From positions 1 through 64,000 of the forward strand of contig NIVC01000615.1 in assembly GCA_002269645.1 (NCBI GenBank): a stretch of 64,000 nucleotides of DNA. Direction: 5' to 3'. Shown here in pieces: positions 58,010-64,000 of this stretch (position 1 is the stretch's first letter; each line of letters opens with the position of its first letter). The position numbers and the translations under genes are program-made. The DNA comes from Macrostomum lignano (lineage: Eukaryota). The notes under the pieces are model-generated. The model was not told the origin of the DNA. It worked only from the letters and a program-made list of their open reading frames with translations, and searched no databases.

Positions 58010-58375
58010 ATGTTGTTCTATAGCTTCTTCAAGACCCTGGTGGGTAAAGACGTGGTGGTGGAGCTCAAAAATGATTTGAGCATCTGCGGCACTCTGCAAT
58101 CTGTTGACCAATATCTGAACATTAATTTGAACGATATTAGTGTCACAGATCCAAACAAATATCCGCACATGATGTCAATGAAAAATTGTTTCATCCGTGG
58201 ATCTGTGGTGCGCTATGTACAGCTACCGGCTGACGAGTGCGACACTGTTGAGTTGCAGAATGCCGCTAGAAAGGAGGCGATGCAAAGCAAATCAGTTGCT
58301 GCGACTGCCTCTGCTGCTGCTGCAGGAGGGGGAGGAGGAGGCGGCGGCACTGGAGGACACGGCGGAGCACATTAG
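58010..58375 (+). CDS. LSM2: U6 snRNA-associated Sm-like protein LSm2, intronless, with Ala/Gly-rich C-terminal extension
   Basis: MLFYSFFKTLVGKDVVVELKNDLSICGTL.SVDQYLNI.L.DISVTDP.KYPHM.S.KNCFIRGSVVRYVQLP is the LSm2 sequence. Confidence 0.97.
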   Translation: MLFYSFFKTLVGKDVVVELKNDLSICGTLQSVDQYLNINLNDISVTDPNKYPHMMSMKNCFIRGSVVRYVQLPADECDTVELQNAARKEAMQSKSVAATASAAAAGGGGGGGGTGGHGGAH

Positions 58376-58587
58376 ATAAGTCATTTCCTGGAACTGAGCC
58401 AGCTCTAAAAAGGGCCGTTTTTTCTCATCTATTTGTTAAAACACTTGTTTTTCTATTCACGTTAAAGTAATTTTATAAGGGTGTTCAAAATAAAGATAAA
58501 TTGTCATAAAAAAAATTTTTAGTCTTAGTGTTGCCATAATTGTACTATGTAAGCAACCATTTTCATAATTTTCTAGCATTTAACTAT

Positions 58588-59285
58588 CAAGGACGACTTA
58601 AGTGGAGGGACGGGAAGCCTCGTTTCTTGGAAAAGTTTTGAAGGCACTTTTTCCCGAAAAAAGACACTACGGAGATAGGAAGTTTTCATTTTTTCAGCAC
58701 AAAAATTGTTATTGCGTTTGATAGGAGGCAGATCCAGTGTTCATCTTTTGATATGTTGTGCCTTTTTTATTGCTCTATCGATATTTATAAAGCTTTTCGT
58801 TCAGAAAATTGGGATTCTATGTTAATTTTTTATTCTACGTATATTTTCGCGTGTCTTGTGCTTGAAATACATTAGAATGCCACGGCTCGGCTCTTTAGCT
58901 TCATGAGTCTTTTTTATCATTCTTACTCGACTGTGTAGCAAATATTTGTAACAGAGATGATAAAATAGGTTCATAAAACCAAATATTGGAGCTGTGTCAT
59001 GCATTTTTGTGATTTTTAGATACAGGAAATATACGTGGAATCAAAAATTAACATAGAATCCTAATTTTCTGAACGAAAAGCTTTATAAATATCGATAGAG
59101 CAATAAAAAAGGCACAACATATCAAAATATGAACACTGGATCTGCCTCCTATCAAACGCAATAACAATTTTTGTGCTGAAAAAATGAAAACTTCCTATCT
59201 CCGTAGTGTATTTTTTCGGGAAAAAGTGCCTTCAGAACTTTTCTGGGAAACGAGGTTTCCCGTCCTTCTACTTAAGTCGTCCTTG
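58588..59285. mobile_element. hAT-type MITE (698 bp, ~259-bp TIRs, 8-bp TSD TTAACTAT)
   Basis: CAAGGACGAC...GTCGTCCTTG termini; 58588-58846 is an imperfect reverse complement of 59027-59285; TTAACTAT at 58580-58587 and 59286-59293. Confidence 0.92.
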
Positions 59286-59592
59286 TTAACTATATTATAA
59301 TCTGCCTGCTTTGAAATCCTAGCTGTCTATGTGTTGAATATCTAAAAAGTTAAAGTAATATAAATATAATAGTAAAGTTTTGCCTGGACTTTAAACTCCC
59401 ATGCTTTTTACTTTGGAAATCTTTTTGTCTTAATTTTCTTTTCAAAAGTACGCCTATAATTATTTGTTTTAATAGCAAAATAATTCTGTAGTAATTATAT
59501 ATGATATTTTTTGTTGCATGATTTATCTCTCGTATTTTACTCGTCATACGCTAAACTAAACTACTTCAAGTAGTTGAAATCTGTATAGAAAA

Positions 59593-59721
59593 ATGAGCCA
59601 ACAACAACAGCAGAACCAGACGGAGTCAACAGGCTCTCAGACTATTACAGTTGAGCCTCAGCCGCAAGAGGAGACTGTCACTCTTCATTTGATTGATAAC
59701 TCGACTCAAGATAGTAGGCAG
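59593..59721 (+). CDS. PPP1R11: Protein phosphatase 1 inhibitor-3, exon 1
   Basis: ATG at 59593; 129 nt (phase 0) ending AGGCAG|GTAAG; splices in frame to exon 2, giving SRQ|VQF. Confidence 0.8.
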
Positions 59722-59967
59722 GTAAGAAATCGTCTTCATCTTTGTGCATACCATCGAGTAGCTGTAAAATGGGTGCCAGCATTAGCTGGGGTAATTGAGA
59801 GTGTGTGTGGCGACCCCCCAGTCCTTGGACTGAACATCCGTTAGGGCAGGTGTAATCAACTATTATTGTTATGTTTAATTTTAACAAGTCCGTCAGTTTT
59901 AAAGGTTGCCCCTGACAACCTTTATTTAAACATGACTCTTTCTAAGAAACCGCCCCTTTAACTGCAG

Positions 59968-60159
59968 GTGCAATTCGCCCAGGACACTGTAGACAATGAG
60001 CATCTTGGCAAAAAGAAATCCAAATGCTGTTGCGTCTACAAGAAGCCAAGAAAATTTGATCCCGACAATCCTGACAAATCAGATAGCGAGGATGAAGATG
60101 GACACGCTTGCACTATGCACTGTCAAGGTCATACGCAGAAGTCCTATCATAAAGATTAA
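59968..60159 (+). CDS. PPP1R11: Protein phosphatase 1 inhibitor-3, exon 2
   Basis: CTGCAG|GTG acceptor; V.F..DTVDNEHLGKKKSKCCCVYKKP is the PPP1R11/Ypi1 signature; total 106 aa. Confidence 0.93.
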   Translation: MQFAQDTVDNEHLGKKKSKCCCVYKKPRKFDPDNPDKSDSEDEDGHACTMHCQGHTQKSYHKD

Positions 60160-60540
60160 AAACTTTTACATTGTTTATTTATTATGTAAAGAGCTTTTTT
60201 AACTACGATAAAGTAGATTTTGACATAGATTTTACTGCTATAATCTGTCTGCAACATAATTCTAAGAACGATGTATGTGAATGTATGTTGGCAATAACAA
60301 AAAATTGTTTTTAGCAGTTGAAATTATAACAGAATTTGTACTATATAATACCAATTGTTGGTTGTAAGAACGCAACGCAAATACCAATTCCCAGCTCGTT
60401 AAAAAGAATGCAAGAATGTGCGTTATAATAAATTGACAAGCTTAAATCTGAATTTTTGTAGTGAAAACAAACAGAAGTAACTTTTTATTGTGCTTTATTT
60501 AGTAGTGCCAATAGTTATTACATTGTTATTAACAATAAGT

Positions 60541-62820
60541 CTTAGTTACACACCTAATGAATAAGAATTAGTATTAATTACACACCTCTACTAATTAGGA
60601 ATCAGCCTTAGTTACACACCTCTACTAATTGGGAATCAGCCTTAGTTACACACCTCTACTAATTGGGAATTAGCCTTAGTTACACACCTCTACTAATTGG
60701 GAATCAGCCTTAGTTACACACCTCTACTAATTGGGAATTAGCCTTAGTTACACACCTCTACTAATTGGGAATTAGCCTTAGTTACACACCTCTACTAATT
60801 GGGAATTAGCCTTAGTTACACACCTCTACTAATTGGGAATCAGCCTTAGTTACACACCTCTACTAATTGGGAATCAGCCTTAGTTACACACCTCTACTAA
60901 TTGGGAATCAGCCTTAGTTACACACCTCTACTAATTGGGAATCAGCCTTAGTTACACACCTCTACTAATTAGGAATCAGCCTTAGTTACACACCTCTACT
61001 AATTAGGAATTAGCCTTAGTTACACACCTATACTAATTAGGAATCAGCCTTAGTTACACACCTCTACTAATTAGGAATTAGCCTTAGTTACACACCTCTA
61101 CTAATTAGGAATCAGCCTTAGTTACACACCTCTACTAATTGGGAATCAGCCTTAGTTACACACCTCTACTAATTAGGAATTAGCCTTAGTTACACACCTC
61201 TACTAATTAGGAATCAGCCTTAGTTACACACCTCTACTAATTAGGAATTAGCCTTAGTTACACACCTCTACTAATTGGGAATCAGCCTTAGTTACACACC
61301 TCTACTAATTAGGAATCAGCCTTAGTTACACACCTCTACTAATTGGGAATCAGCCTTAGTTACACACCTCTACTAATTAGGAATTAGCCTTAGTTACACA
61401 CCTCTACTAATTGGGAATTAGCCTTAGTTACACACCTCTACTAATTGGGAATCAGCCTTAGTTACACACCTCTACTAATTGGGAATTAGCCTTAGTTACA
61501 CACCTCTACTAATTGGGAATTAGCCTTAGTTACACACCTCTACTAATTGGGAATCAGCCTTAGTTACACACCTCTACTAATTGGGAATCAGCCTTAGTTA
61601 CACACCTCTACTAATTGGGAATCAGCCTTAGTTACACACCTCTACTAATTAGGAATTAGCCTTAGTTACACACCTCTACTAATTGGGAATTAGCCTTAGT
61701 TACACACCTCTACTAATTGGGAATCAGCCTTAGTTACACACCTCTACTAATTGGGAATTAGCCTTAGTTACACACCTCTACTAATTGGGAATTAGCCTTA
61801 GTTACACACCTCTACTAATTGGGAATCAGCCTTAGTTACACACCTCTACTAATTGGGAATCAGCCTTAGTTACACACCTCTACTAATTGGGAATCAGCCT
61901 TAGTTACACACCTCTACTAATTGGGAATCAGCCTTAGTTACACACCTCTACTAATTGGGAATCAGCCTTAGTTACACACCTCTACTAATTAGGAATCAGC
62001 CTTAGTTACACACCTCTACTAATTAGGAATTAGCCTTAGTTACACACCTATACTAATTAGGAATCAGCCTTAGTTACACACCTCTACTAATTGGGAATTA
62101 GCCTTAGTTACACACCTCTACTAATTAGGAATCAGCCTTAGTTACACACCTCTACTAATTAGGAATTAGCCTTAGTTACACACCTCTACTAATTGGGAAT
62201 CAGCCTTAGTTACACACCTCTACTAATTAGGAATTAGCCTTAGTTACACACCTCTACTAATTGGGAATCAGCCTTAGTTACACACCTCTACTAATTAGGA
62301 ATTAGCCTTAGTTACACACCTCTACTAATTAGGAATTAGCCTTAGTTACACACCTCTACTAATTAGGAATTAGCCTTAGTTACACACCTCTACTAATTGG
62401 GAATCAGCCTTAGTTACACACCTCTACTAATTGGGAATTAGCCTTAGTTACACACCTCTACTAATTGGGAATCAGCCTTAGTTACACACCTCTACTAATT
62501 GGGAATCAGCCTTAGTTACACACCTCTACTAAATTAGGAATTAGACTTAGTTACACACCTATTGATTAAGAATTAGCCTTAGTCACACACCTATTAATTA
62601 AGAATTAGCCTTAGTCACACACCTATTAATTAAGAATTAGCCTTAGTCACACACCTATTAATTAAGAATTAGCCTTAGTCACACACCTATTAATTAAGAA
62701 TTAGCCTTAGTCACACACCTATTAATTAAGAATTAGCCTTAGTCACACACCTATTAATTAAGAATTAGCCTTAGTCACACACCTATTAATTAAGAATTAG
62801 CCTTAGTTACACACCACTAC
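60541..62820. repeat. 34-bp satellite (AGCCTTAGTTACACACCTCTACTAATT[G/A]GGAAT[C/T])n, with a 32-bp variant at the right edge
   Basis: 34-nt period (e.g. 60601/60635), ~58 core copies; 32-nt period from ~62555 to 62815. Confidence 0.97.
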
Positions 62821-63020
62821 TAATGCTCAATATTCCTTTGTACTACAAAAAGGAACTAAAATTCTCACAGCCTACTTATGTTGTGAAATTTCTCAGTAGT
62901 ATGAATTAAATTATTGAGAATGACATTATATTGACAGCCGTGCTAAAAATCGTCTTCAGTTACTAGTTCAACAATTACCCAAATTTTGATGCAACTAATC
63001 CGGTCAATTATAACTCCAAA

Positions 63021-63482
63021 ATGGCCGGCACAATATTCGAAGACATATTCGACGTTAAAAATGTTGAGAAACGTTTCGATCGAGTTTCACGCCTATTTTG
63101 CGAATCGGAATCGTTTAAAATGGATTTAATTCTAGACGTTAACACTATGGTTTATCCTGTGCAGCTGGGCGAAAAGTTTCGCTTAGTGATTGCGTCCAGC
63201 TTGCGAGAGGATGGCCTAGTTGATGACGGAGAGTTCGACCCGCTGATGTGGCAGGACGGCAGCGGTGGAGGCGGTGGCAGTCGTAGCAGAGCAGATCAGT
63301 TTGAATACGTGATGTACGGCAAAGTTTATCGACTAGAAGGTGAAGGCTCCAGCGATAGTCGTCTGGCAGCCTACGTGAGCTATGGCGGCCTGCTGATGCG
63401 ACTGATGGGCGAGGCCAGCAATTTAAATAGTTTTCAAATGGACTCGCATGTCTATTTGCTAATGAAGAAGTTGGCCTTTTGA
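63021..63482 (+). CDS. POLR2H: RNA polymerases I/II/III common subunit RPABC3 (RPB8), intronless
   Basis: [13 protein letters not shown]...[23 protein letters not shown]...[15 protein letters not shown]...[11 protein letters not shown]...[10 protein letters not shown]. Confidence 0.98.
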   Translation: MAGTIFEDIFDVKNVEKRFDRVSRLFCESESFKMDLILDVNTMVYPVQLGEKFRLVIASSLREDGLVDDGEFDPLMWQDGSGGGGGSRSRADQFEYVMYGKVYRLEGEGSSDSRLAAYVSYGGLLMRLMGEASNLNSFQMDSHVYLLMKKLAF

Positions 63483-63679
63483 ATGTACTTTTATTTTGTT
63501 ATACTCGTGCAGATCGTAACAATTAGATAGAATCGAGTACTTTGCGATTATGACTAATTAAATTATAAGCCTTGTACATCTGAATTGGTTGGGTAACTTG
63601 GATTTAAGGGTCATTCCACAGCTAATAGAATAACTGGATACTATCTACTCTTCTTTGTCCACTTGTGGCTGACTTTACT

Positions 63680-63890
63680 TCTCTCTCATTGGCTGAGCTT
63701 GATTATGCTTACCCCCCTAGGCTGAGTTTCGTCCGCCTGACTTTGATCTCTCTCCTTACTGCTCTCTCATTGGCTGAGCTTGATTGGGCCTACCCCCCTA
63801 GGCTGACAGTTTCGTCCACCTAAGTTTGACCTCTCTCCTTATACTGCTCTCTCATTGGCTGAGCCAGATTGGGCCTGTCCCCCTAGGAAA
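63680..63890. repeat. Three degenerate ~78-bp tandem copies containing CTCTCTCATTGGCTGAG (inverted CCAAT)
   Basis: Motif recurs at ~63683, ~63764 and ~63848, each followed by CCCCCTAGG. Confidence 0.8.
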
Positions 63891-64000
63891 CTCTTAGCTG
63901 CCACTGCAAAGACAATCTACTGAAAACAGAGTAGACATTCACAACTTTAACTGAGAGTGGCATCTATAGTTTTTTCAAACATTTTAAGTCTGCCTTTAAT

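Noticed and set aside
59593-59844. 83-aa unspliced ORF
   Set aside because: Read-through into the PPP1R11 intron; canonical GTAAG/CAG splicing gives the conserved protein.
60541-62820. CRISPR-like appearance of 34-bp repeats
   Set aside because: No unique spacers, no cas genes, eukaryotic context; it is a tandem satellite.
1-64000. Autonomous Helitron/Helentron Rep-helicase gene
   Set aside because: No ORF with HUH-Rep or PIF1 helicase motifs in the supplied track; the rolling-circle assignment rests on termini and empty sites only.

Overview
AT-rich metazoan genomic DNA with TTAGGG-type telomere motifs; the taxon cannot be fixed from sequence alone. Most of the first 55 kb is mobile DNA. 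(1) 1-27021 is a head-to-tail array of 13 mosaic non-coding units of 1.2-3.2 kb (family A). Each unit starts with ATACTAAA plus a (GTCT/GTTT)n microsatellite, carries one short (CCCTAA)n tract, and ends in a 7-bp stem-loop followed by CTCGT. This is the architecture of non-autonomous Helentron/DINE-1-type (HINE) rolling-circle elements. (2) A second family (B; four copies at 27966-33098 and 46387-54623), not alignable to A by eye, has the same kind of termini (ATACTAAA ... hairpin-CTAGT). Two empty-site reconstructions show that it inserts at T^T without a TSD. Every copy contains a tRNA-like Pol III A/B-box unit next to a slot filled by different minisatellite arrays. (3) A decayed APE-RT non-LTR retrotransposon is interrupted by a very recent Ty3/Gypsy (Mag-like) element with identical 181-bp LTRs and a GCTAG TSD. 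(4) There are also MITEs, including a hAT-type one with an 8-bp TSD, a Tc1 relic, and several minisatellites. (5) The last 6 kb hold three small same-strand housekeeping genes: LSM2, PPP1R11 (inhibitor-3, one intron) and POLR2H (RPB8). The best candidate for an undescribed system is the two-family rolling-circle element set, with shared termini, telomere tracts, a Pol III module and satellite-generating slots. No Rep/helicase gene is present in the window. All alignments and counts were made by eye.
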